29,220 nucleotides of DNA, from the IMG/VR virus record IMGVR_UViG_3300032287_001571; one strand, given 5' to 3'. This stretch comes from an uncultured virus (IMG/VR IMGVR_UViG_3300032287_001571). Lineage: Duplodnaviria; Heunggongvirae; Uroviricota; Caudoviricetes. The position numbers and the translations under genes are program-made. Below are positions 18,953-26,531 of this stretch, piece after piece; position 1 is the stretch's first letter, and every line of letters starts with the position of its first letter. Below the pieces are notes generated by a model. The model was given only the letters and a program-made list of their open reading frames with translations. It did not search any database and was not told the DNA's origin.

Positions 18953-20785
18953 ATGACTAACTTTGATTACACCAACAGGGACTTTCTGTCCATTCGCCAA
19001 GACCTTCTGAACAGGGCCGCACGGACCATCCCTGAGTGGACCAGCACGGACGCATCTGACTTCGGCAATGTGTTTGTGGACCTGTGGGCCTACATGGGCG
19101 ACATCATCCACTTTTACATTGACAGGGCCGCAGGTGAGGCGTTTCTCCAGACCGCCACACAGCGTGAGTCCATCATGGCCATCGCCAACCTGCTGGATTA
19201 CATCCCCGTGTCTGCCCGTGCCGCCCGTGGGTCTGTCACTGTCCAACTCAATGCTCTTCCAGCACTGGCATCATCGTATGTGGTCCCCCAGTACACGGTG
19301 TTAACAGGATACGACGACAACCTTAATGGGTACTCTTTCTATACGACACAAGCAAGCACAGCACTGACCAGCACCACGGTAGGTGGTTCTGGAAACCAAG
19401 TGTCCATCCCAGTGGTGCAGGGACAAATTATTCAGAACGAACTTCTCGGTGATAGCACTGGTAGAACCGACCAGCGTTTTTCGTTGGTGAAGAAGAATGC
19501 TGACATCTCCAGTATCTCCGTTGTCGTGGCTGAAGGTCCGCTGGACGGAAGCGGAAACCCGACGAATGTGACCTATCAATATGTGGCCCAGATGTCTACT
19601 GCGGATTATCTTGACAAAGTGTTCACCGCCAGGGTCATGTCGGACAACAGCACTCAAATCATTTTTGGTAACGGATTCAACGGCTCAATTCCCACAGCCA
19701 ACGCTACTATTACTGCGACTTACAGAACTACGGAAGGCTCTGCTGGCAACCTTTCAACCAATCAGATAAAGACGGTCAGTGGTTCTCCCAGCACCTACAT
19801 CAGCGTGGTGTCCTCAACCGCCACCTCTGGTGGTGCTGATGCTGAGTCAATTGAGTCCATCCGCAACAGCGTGTCCCGACTGTACCGCACACAGGACCGT
19901 GCTGTGTCCTTGCAGGACTACAAGGACCTCTGCCTACAGGTTCCTGGTGTCAGCAAGGCCACCGCTATCCACAGCGCTGGGGGCTCGTTTGCTATCACCA
20001 ACTCGTCAGTTTCAAGCGGCTTCGTTAGTTTCACCACCACTACTGCGCACAACTTTGTTGTTGGTCAAACAGTTACTGTGACTGGTGTCAGCCAATCATC
20101 CCATAACGGAACCAACTTAAAGGTTGCACTGACTCCGTCAAGCACCATTTTCACCGTCAAGACATCAGATTACGGAACCACTCCGACGGGAAGTGGTACT
20201 GGTGGTACAGCCACGGGTGTCAACGAGGTCATCCTGTACCCAGTGCCACATCAATCCGATTATCCACCGAGTGCTGTGGGCACAGCGCCAACCCAATCTG
20301 TGGTTATCCAGATTCCAACCGCTGTTGAAGAGGCTGTGGAGTCTTACTTTTCTACGAGGTCAATGCTCGGGGTTACAGCATCTGTCATTACACAAAAAGA
20401 CACCATTAGCAGTTCTGTCAAATACATCCAATGCACTCCTATCTATGTTCGTCTCAAAGTCAATGTTCTTTCCAACTATGTCCAGTCATGGGTACAGGAC
20501 CAGGTGGACAAGGAAGTCCGTGCCCTCCTGGCCTTTGACCGTGTGGTGTTTGGTCAGGTGGTCACCATCGGCGATGTGTACCGTGCGGCTCTGTCGGTTG
20601 TTGGTGTGGACTATGTTGAGATTCTGACGCTCAACACCTCATACTCTTCGTCCAACACTGTTGGAACGGTGAGCAACATACAGGTGGACTCCACCAAACT
20701 TCCGTGTTTTTCCGATGATGTCAATGGTGTAGGCCCAGCCGTGTCGTTCTACATGGTGGGCGGTCTGACGGGTTACGACAACTAA
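18953..20785 (+). CDS. Baseplate J-like / T4 gp6-like wedge protein
   Basis: DYTNRDF, EAFLQTA, FGNG..G.IP, GGADAESIESIR and QDRAVSLQDY motifs. Confidence 0.9.
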   Translation: MTNFDYTNRDFLSIRQDLLNRAARTIPEWTSTDASDFGNVFVDLWAYMGDIIHFYIDRAAGEAFLQTATQRESIMAIANLLDYIPVSARAARGSVTVQLNALPALASSYVVPQYTVLTGYDDNLNGYSFYTTQASTALTSTTVGGSGNQVSIPVVQGQIIQNELLGDSTGRTDQRFSLVKKNADISSISVVVAEGPLDGSGNPTNVTYQYVAQMSTADYLDKVFTARVMSDNSTQIIFGNGFNGSIPTANATITATYRTTEGSAGNLSTNQIKTVSGSPSTYISVVSSTATSGGADAESIESIRNSVSRLYRTQDRAVSLQDYKDLCLQVPGVSKATAIHSAGGSFAITNSSVSSGFVSFTTTTAHNFVVGQTVTVTGVSQSSHNGTNLKVALTPSSTIFTVKTSDYGTTPTGSGTGGTATGVNEVILYPVPHQSDYPPSAVGTAPTQSVVIQIPTAVEEAVESYFSTRSMLGVTASVITQKDTISSSVKYIQCTPIYVRLKVNVLSNYVQSWVQDQVDKEVRALLAFDRVVFGQVVTIGDVYRAALSVVGVDYVEILTLNTSYSSSNTVGTVSNIQVDSTKLPCFSDDVNGVGPAVSFYMVGGLTGYDN

Positions 20786-22572
20786 TGGCGTACACATCCT
20801 TCCGACTCAGGAAACCCAATGTCACCGCTGGTAACGGTGGCTCGGCTGTTCGGCGCTCGTTCTACACCCAGGATTCCAGCACACCAGCAGGAAGTGGTAC
20901 AGCGGCCACCGACTCGGGTCTTCGTTCAGAGAACTTCATTGTTGCCGTTCCAGCCAGTTATCTAGAATCAACCTTCACGGCGGATGTGTACCAGAGAGAC
21001 CGTGTTGAGTTGTCCTGGCAGTTGGAACAGGAACTGGTGTCCACCCTGTCCGCAACTTACGAGCCGACCAAGATTGTCATCAGGGCATCCAACGACGGAG
21101 AGCCAACTACCGTCACCGACGGTATTGAGGTGGTGGAGGTGACTGCCGCATCCTATTTTGAGCAGTACACCGACATCAAATCATCCGCCCGTACCCACAT
21201 TGCAGACGGCAAGTGGGTGTACTACTCCATGTTTGTCCTATACGAGGAGTCTGCGGGGGCCTCGTACTACGAGCGTGTCGCCGTACTGTCAGTCCAGATA
21301 CCTTACGACTTTGGTTCTACGACGGAACTGTGGGCGCATGTCCCCACTTACTACAGGGAACTGGACACCTACTATGTGGAAAACACCCCTGGGTATTCCT
21401 ACTCCAACGGACCTCTGTACAGGTTCATTGATTTGTTCGGATGGGAAATTGACAAGATTCGCACCACCGTGTATGACACCATGCGTATCAATGACCCACA
21501 GGTAATCCACAGTTCTGCTATTGATGCGTTGGGCAATCAGGTGGGTGCCGAAATCGTCAAGGACACGCTGGGGACATCCAAACTCCGTGCTCTCCTGAAC
21601 AATATCGGGTACCTCCGCAGGACCAAGGGAACGCTGGACAGCATCAGCGCATACATCTCAGCCCTGTCTGGGTGTGGTGTCTCTGTTGACACAACTGTCA
21701 GCCCCATCCAGTTCAATGTCCACCCCCACAGGGTCAACCTGATGTCAGACCCCCTGTTCACCAACGCCTCCACAACCAGTGAGACAAACACAACAAATAA
21801 TTTTTTCCGTAAGTTCACTGAATTGGATAATGCTGAAGGGCCTTACGGGTGGGGAATCTACATCAAGAGCACTGGTCCGTTGCCCACCGTGTCTGTTACT
21901 GGTGGCGGTGTAACACTGACATTTGCATCAGGCAGTGGGTCGGCAATAGTCCATGTGTACTCACGCAAATCATTTGTGTACAACGACAACCTTATTTACT
22001 ACTTCTCGGCAGAAACATCTCATCCTTTTTCTGCTCGGTTCTACGGGGGTGGGTCTAACCTCCCTGATGTGGAACTATCGCCTGTCCCAGTTGTGCCAGT
22101 GAATTACTTTGACACCTGGAACAATGCCACTCCCCAGAGCAGTTTCCCTAAGTTTCAATCAGCAACCCCTGGTCGCACCGTGATTGGCTCCATCCCCAAC
22201 CCCTCTGCTGACTCATCGGGAACCTCAGTGGTCCCCATGTTTAAGTTTGATGTGACGCTGTCGGCCACATCCAGCACGGTTCTCTCACTGTCCGAACCTC
22301 TGGTGGAGTACCGCCATCAGCACGGTGACTTCTTCACTGGCAACGAGGCGTTCGGTGGATTCATTCCCGATGCCACGGGCGCCACCCCTGGAACCTACGA
22401 CTACCACTGGGGAGCAAACGGACAAGGAACAGACGGAGAGGACTTCTCCTACTACACTCTGGACTACTACAGGTCCAAGGCAGTGACACGGAACATCGTC
22501 TCAAACTATGTTGTTCCCGTTACCATGGTGCTGAACACAAACTACGAAATCAACTGGGATGTACTTGAATGA
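20785..22572 (+). CDS. Baseplate wedge/tail protein (P2 gpI / gp7-like)
   Basis: P.YY...LYRFIDLFG, YLRRTKGT..SI..YISALSG motif; follows baseplate J. Confidence 0.6.
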   Translation: MAYTSFRLRKPNVTAGNGGSAVRRSFYTQDSSTPAGSGTAATDSGLRSENFIVAVPASYLESTFTADVYQRDRVELSWQLEQELVSTLSATYEPTKIVIRASNDGEPTTVTDGIEVVEVTAASYFEQYTDIKSSARTHIADGKWVYYSMFVLYEESAGASYYERVAVLSVQIPYDFGSTTELWAHVPTYYRELDTYYVENTPGYSYSNGPLYRFIDLFGWEIDKIRTTVYDTMRINDPQVIHSSAIDALGNQVGAEIVKDTLGTSKLRALLNNIGYLRRTKGTLDSISAYISALSGCGVSVDTTVSPIQFNVHPHRVNLMSDPLFTNASTTSETNTTNNFFRKFTELDNAEGPYGWGIYIKSTGPLPTVSVTGGGVTLTFASGSGSAIVHVYSRKSFVYNDNLIYYFSAETSHPFSARFYGGGSNLPDVELSPVPVVPVNYFDTWNNATPQSSFPKFQSATPGRTVIGSIPNPSADSSGTSVVPMFKFDVTLSATSSTVLSLSEPLVEYRHQHGDFFTGNEAFGGFIPDATGATPGTYDYHWGANGQGTDGEDFSYYTLDYYRSKAVTRNIVSNYVVPVTMVLNTNYEINWDVLE

Positions 22573-22823
22573 CATATGTACTTGCTGGACTGGCTGTCTA
22601 CAAGATTGTCCAACTGCTTGACGCACTGGCCCCCAGGGAGGCCATGCCGTGGGTCAAGGTCTCATTCGGTATTCTGTTTGGCTACATTGCGGCTCTGACA
22701 ACTGGACTCACCGAAAGGTGGACAGATGGTCTGGCCATCGCTACAATCGCAGGAGCCGTGCAGGCCACCCTGAGATTAATGACTCTCCTCGGTGACTGGG
22801 CGGTTCGCAAAAGCGTCCGATAA
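22569..22823 (+). CDS. Small membrane protein (holin candidate)
   Basis: 84 aa, 2-3 hydrophobic segments, basic C-terminus, at the end of the tail operon. Confidence 0.5.
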   Translation: MTYVLAGLAVYKIVQLLDALAPREAMPWVKVSFGILFGYIAALTTGLTERWTDGLAIATIAGAVQATLRLMTLLGDWAVRKSVR

Positions 22824-22834
22824 CAGGAGACAAC

Positions 22835-23566
22835 ATGAAGTACGCAGTTCTTGGCGTCGGTGAGGCCACCGACTCCGCTGTCCACGAGGCACTCGCCGAC
22901 ATTCTCAAAAAGGACAAGAAGGCGGAGTTCCTGATTCACGCCCGCCGTAGCCCTCAGGGTGCCGTCCCTGCCGTGTACGACTTCATCGTGGACAACGAGT
23001 GCAGGTTCACCTCGTACACCCGCATTGATGACAAGGCTCCCAAGCCGTTGCTGGAGGGCGCTCAGGATGTCATCAAGACCGAGACCCCCATGGAGTCAAT
23101 GCTCAAGGAGGCGGACCAGGTCCTGCTCCTGTGGGACGAGAAGGACGAGAACGCCTCCAACAAGATTGCCTTCATGTGCGCTGACGAGGGTGTCTCCATC
23201 CTTGACTTGACCATGGCGCTTACACCCATCGTGGTGGACATTGAGGAACAGCCCCAGCCACAGCAGGAAGAGGCTCCCTCTGTGTTCACACGGGACGAGT
23301 TGTCAGAAATGACCATTGCCGTCCTGAGGCGTCAGGCCAAGGCGATGGGCATCAACATCGGTGCCAATGACAACAAGCAGACCATCATTGACAAAATCCT
23401 CGGCAGTGACATGCCAGAGGTTGCCTCAGAAGTACCGACCCGTGTGATGTCGGAGTACGGTGATGGCTCCATCACATGGATTCAGGACGGTGCGCTCTGC
23501 ACCGAGAAGTTGTCAGCCAGCCAGGTTGCGTGGCTGATTCAGGAACTGAAGCACCAGTCTATTTAG
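22835..23566 (+). CDS. Hypothetical protein with Rossmann-like N-terminus and Rho-N/HeH-like domain
   Basis: AGGAG RBS; MKYAVLGVG start; ELSEMTIAVLRRQAKAMGI...KQTIIDKIL. Confidence 0.6.
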   Translation: MKYAVLGVGEATDSAVHEALADILKKDKKAEFLIHARRSPQGAVPAVYDFIVDNECRFTSYTRIDDKAPKPLLEGAQDVIKTETPMESMLKEADQVLLLWDEKDENASNKIAFMCADEGVSILDLTMALTPIVVDIEEQPQPQQEEAPSVFTRDELSEMTIAVLRRQAKAMGINIGANDNKQTIIDKILGSDMPEVASEVPTRVMSEYGDGSITWIQDGALCTEKLSASQVAWLIQELKHQSI

Positions 23567-23993
23567 TACTGGCGGTCAATTGCCAGCGCCACTTCTTGTG
23601 CATGTCATCACGCTCTGCCAGGAAGTTCATGATGCCCTGCTCTTCGGCCTTGCCTGCTTCCTTTTGGGCGTCTGCGATTGACTCCAAGATTCCATCGTTG
23701 AGGCGGAGCAGTTCCTTTGCCATTGCCTTGGGTTCTGGCTTGACATCCTTCGCTTCAATGGTGCGAAGGTCAATGAACTTGCTGAGGGTAAACGGCGCAT
23801 ACTCTCCCAACTTACGGATGTCCTCTGCCAATGGGTCAATGCTGGAGTACACATCCTCATAGATGTCAGCAAACAAATCGTGGTACTGACTGAAGTCTTG
23901 CCCCTCCACATTCCAGTGGAATCCGTGGGCGGTGAAATACATTGTTACCGCATCCGATAACACTGTCTTGAGGGAATTAGTAAGTGCGCTCAT
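23559..23993 (-). CDS. dps: Dps ferritin-like DNA-protection protein
   Basis: HGFHWNVEG.DF..YHDLF..IYE....IDPLAE.IRKLG, with ferroxidase His/His/Asp/Glu intact; C-terminal HKKWRWQL. Confidence 0.92.
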   Translation of the reverse strand: MSALTNSLKTVLSDAVTMYFTAHGFHWNVEGQDFSQYHDLFADIYEDVYSSIDPLAEDIRKLGEYAPFTLSKFIDLRTIEAKDVKPEPKAMAKELLRLNDGILESIADAQKEAGKAEEQGIMNFLAERDDMHKKWRWQLTASTK

Positions 23994-24340
23994 AAAACCT
24001 GCTTAATGATTCGTGCGTGTGATGTACGGCGGTCATCCGTGTATTCGTTGTCGTCGTCATCTAATAGACGGATTCCAGAAGGGTCTTCTTCTACAGCCCC
24101 CAATGGCTCTACTGCGAACACACGGGGCTGGTGTATTTCTGGGTTCAACTGGCCCATGTCGTGCAATTGCTCCATGGCCATGTCAGCATATTCCGAAGCC
24201 ATTTCCTTGGAAGTTATGTAAACATGTCCACCAGTAGAGGGACCATGGAGACTAGTGTGTGGTTTTAAAATATCCCCCTCTTTAAAAGGGTGTGCTGTCC
24301 CGTGAAAAAACTGGGATGAGATGTGGTCAGAAGCGCTCAT
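23990..24340 (-). CDS. Arr-like (rifampin ADP-ribosyltransferase fold) ADP-ribosyltransferase
   Basis: FFHGT, GDILKP, HVYIT and RVFAVEPLGAVEEDP match the Arr pattern HGT/GD.L.P/HIYIT/FIVEP.G.IEDDP. Confidence 0.75.
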   Translation of the reverse strand: MSASDHISSQFFHGTAHPFKEGDILKPHTSLHGPSTGGHVYITSKEMASEYADMAMEQLHDMGQLNPEIHQPRVFAVEPLGAVEEDPSGIRLLDDDDNEYTDDRRTSHARIIKQVL

Positions 24341-24774
24341 CGTGCATATTCCATAGGGTCTGAAGGTCCACGCCGTTTGTGCTCAGGACTACTGGGAATA
24401 GGGTCATTTTCTGGTCGTGCAGGGTTTCGTTCTACTGAACCAAAATGTCGTTCTAATCTTTTCTCGTAACGATGGCGAGGTTCTACCAAGGGCACAGGCG
24501 TGTGTGGGTCAAACTGGTTGCTTGTGAAGTCCACAATGTATGGTCCATTAGTGGTTGGTACATGTACTGTTGCATGCCCAAAATCACCTCCAGCCTCGTA
24601 TGGCTGTAGATGAGCACCTGACACACCACCATGTTCAATAAAGTGGTCTGAATACTCGTAGCACATTCCCTTTTGACGCTTCTCTAAGTCATCAAAATCT
24701 TTAAAGTAACGTTTACCATGCTCTTGAGCAACCGTCCGAAGATGGTGAGGGTTAATGTGGTCAGAAGCGCTCAT
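24321..24774 (-). repeat. 20-bp direct repeat at two consecutive gene starts (24321-24340 and 24755-24774)
   Basis: ATGAGCGCTTCTGACCACAT on the - strand at both loci; ATGAGCGC also begins dps. Confidence 0.95.
24337..24774 (-). CDS. Putative papain/transglutaminase-fold enzyme (Cys-His-Asp)
   Basis: GMCYEYS ... GHATVH ... YIVDFTSNQF order and spacing. Confidence 0.5.
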   Translation of the reverse strand: MSASDHINPHHLRTVAQEHGKRYFKDFDDLEKRQKGMCYEYSDHFIEHGGVSGAHLQPYEAGGDFGHATVHVPTTNGPYIVDFTSNQFDPHTPVPLVEPRHRYEKRLERHFGSVERNPARPENDPIPSSPEHKRRGPSDPMEYAR

Positions 24775-24992
24775 GACTTTCTCCAGAGATTAGCGTTCCG
24801 TGTGTAGACAAAGATATAGGCCAGTGAGCCGACAATGAAACCATAGGTCCTGGTCTGGAGGGCGAACACAATCCAGAGACACTCCATGACGATGAGCCAC
24901 AAGAACGCTTCCCAGCGCTTCTTGCCGACAAAGTACATGCCTGTGATTCCCATCATGGCAAGGAGCCATGACCACTGGAGTTCTGTCACCAC
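24771..24992 (-). CDS. Small 3-TM membrane protein (PnuC/SemiSWEET half-transporter-like)
   Basis: WSWLLAMMGITGMYFVGKKRW..F...LW.....TYGF; three hydrophobic helices. Confidence 0.55.
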   Translation of the reverse strand: MVTELQWSWLLAMMGITGMYFVGKKRWEAFLWLIVMECLWIVFALQTRTYGFIVGSLAYIFVYTRNANLWRKS

Positions 24993-25276
24993 TTCACCTT
25001 GTCAGCCCAATAGGCGGCGCTCATCTTGCCTTTGGCAATGTTCTTGGAGTGACGAGCCTTGAACGACGCACGCTTGTCTTTCATGCGCTCCGACTCGCCC
25101 TCCTTGGGCTTGCCTGCGGTCTCTGCACCCTGCTCACCGAAACGAATGGTCTTGATTTGGTCGCCCTGCTTGGCGACGACGATGTGTGACTTGGTCGGGT
25201 GGTCAGGCGTTGCCTTGGGCTTGTTAAAACCTGTAACACCTGCCCGTTCCAACCGTGGGTCTTTTTTTGAAGGCAC
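24986..25276 (-). CDS. Conserved basic viral protein (DUF6321-like)
   Basis: KTIRFG.QG, R.SFKARH and KMSAAYWADKVKW motifs. Confidence 0.7.
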   Translation of the reverse strand: MPSKKDPRLERAGVTGFNKPKATPDHPTKSHIVVAKQGDQIKTIRFGEQGAETAGKPKEGESERMKDKRASFKARHSKNIAKGKMSAAYWADKVKW

Positions 25277-25500
25277 TAGTCATCACCTTTACTTCTACCA
25301 GCAAAGTAACCACCGATGATACCTATCAAACCAACAAGAGCGTTTTGCACTAAAGCAATAGCATCTGAGTTAGTTGCAAACTTTTCACCAGTAGAAGCCT
25401 GCTGTGCAAGCATTGAACCGTATTCACCAATAACAACTAAGCCAATGAACCCTAAAATACCTAGAGTGATGTACACCATAAGTTTGTCTTTAATATTCAT
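25276..25500 (-). CDS. Small 2-TM membrane protein, AT-rich
   Basis: Two hydrophobic segments ending GIIGGYFAG; 1-nt stop/start overlaps on both sides. Confidence 0.7.
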   Translation of the reverse strand: MNIKDKLMVYITLGILGFIGLVVIGEYGSMLAQQASTGEKFATNSDAIALVQNALVGLIGIIGGYFAGRSKGDD

Positions 25501-25754
25501 TACTTTCTCGCTTTCTTGGAGGCTTCCTCAGCCTTTTCGGTGTTGGGCACAAACTGTTTTCCTTTGCGTGTGCCCTCTCGCTTTTTCTTGCTGGTTGCCT
25601 CGTACTCCTCGTCACTCAGTGACTGGATTGCCTTTTTGGGGAGATACCTCTCTCCAGTGGCATTCTTTCCTTGAGTAGAAGGTTTACCAGATTTTGTTCC
25701 CCACTCTTCCTTGGTCCATTTGTCCAAGGATTTCTGAGACTTTGCCTTGGCCAT
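25500..25754 (-). CDS. Conserved basic viral protein (DUF5872 C-terminal-like)
   Basis: Probable start MAKAKSQKSLDKWTKEEWGTKSGK at 25754 (TGATG coupling); GERYLPKKA and GKQFV motifs. Confidence 0.7.
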   Translation of the reverse strand: MAKAKSQKSLDKWTKEEWGTKSGKPSTQGKNATGERYLPKKAIQSLSDEEYEATSKKKREGTRKGKQFVPNTEKAEEASKKARK

Positions 25755-25942
25755 CAGTCCTTGTACCCTCCGCCTTGGGCCTTGTATTCCTTGGCGAGCA
25801 TCTGTGCCTTTCGTGCCGACCACTCACCAGGGTCGCCACCTTTGCTACCAGCCTTAATCTGGTTAAACAACTTTTTTCTGAGGGCTGGCTTGGTGTAGTT
25901 TCCTGCCTCGTTGACTTTTGATTCAGTCTTCTTGCTTGCCAT
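25754..25942 (-). CDS. Conserved basic viral protein (DUF5872 N-terminal-like)
   Basis: NYTKPALRKKLF..IKAG.KGG.PGEWSARKAQMLAKEYK..GGGYKD. Confidence 0.75.
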   Translation of the reverse strand: MASKKTESKVNEAGNYTKPALRKKLFNQIKAGSKGGDPGEWSARKAQMLAKEYKAQGGGYKD

Positions 25943-26205
25943 TATTTTTTTCCTCTGTTGCGCCCACGGTTGGTGGACGGGTCTTCAGCGACAATCTTGC
26001 CGTCCTTGGTATGGGACATGTCCTTGCCACCTTTACCATACACCCCACGGTCCCTGCGCTCCTGAACCAGTTCGGACCTCTTGGCCCTCTGCTCTGGCTT
26101 CTTGTTGTACTCCTTGTTGTACGCATCCTTCTTGGCCTTGGCCTCAGGATTCTCGTCGTAGTACTTGGCAGTCTTCTTGGGATTCTTGGACTTTGGCGGA
26201 GCCAT
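25942..26205 (-). CDS. Basic protein with degenerate HNH-like motif
   Basis: GKDMSHTKDG....EDPSTNRGRN; very Lys/Arg rich. Confidence 0.55.
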   Translation of the reverse strand: MAPPKSKNPKKTAKYYDENPEAKAKKDAYNKEYNKKPEQRAKRSELVQERRDRGVYGKGGKDMSHTKDGKIVAEDPSTNRGRNRGKK

Positions 26206-26366
26206 TACTTCTTCTTCTTGTCCTTGGACATACCAGCCTCGGACATAGCGATAGCAACGGCCTGCTTCTTGCTGGTGACTTTCTTGCCAGAGGAGGACTT
26301 GAGGGTTCCCTCTTTGTACTCACTCATGACTTTTTCAACTTTTTTGGGGTTTTTCTTGCTTGCCAT
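26205..26366 (-). CDS. Small basic protein (DUF6496-like, 53 aa), absent from the ORF track
   Basis: MASKKNPKKVEKVMSEYKEGTLKSSSGKKVTSKKQAVAIAMSEAGMSKDKKKK*; TAATG coupling to the next gene. Confidence 0.75.
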   Translation of the reverse strand: MASKKNPKKVEKVMSEYKEGTLKSSSGKKVTSKKQAVAIAMSEAGMSKDKKKK

Positions 26367-26375
26367 AGGACTTAC

Positions 26376-26381
26376 ATTTTA
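26376..26381 (-). promoter_or_regulatory. Putative -10 box (TAAAAT) of the leftward operon
   Basis: TAAAAT lies 9 nt before ATG 26366, with no SD. Confidence 0.45.
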
Positions 26382-26384
26382 CAC

Positions 26385-26439
26385 CCAAAACGAAAGCGCC
26401 GAGACCTGGGAGAAAGGGGGAACCCAGGCCTCGGCGCTT
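26385..26439 (-). terminator. Strong hairpin, terminator-like on the - strand
   Basis: 17-bp stem AAGCGCCGAGGCCTGGG / CCCAGGTCTCGGCGCTT (one G-U pair on the - strand), followed by TCGTTTT. Confidence 0.55.
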
Positions 26440-26531
26440 CCGAAGCAACCACACATGGGTAGGAGGCTTGCCCATGTGCTTGGACACAGTGTATCATCAC
26501 GCCCCTACCCGTACAACTCTTGGAGCAACAG

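Noticed and set aside
10058..22572. Stand-alone eCIS/tailocin locus
   Set aside because: Portal, scaffold, capsid and replication genes are contiguous with it, so this is a phage
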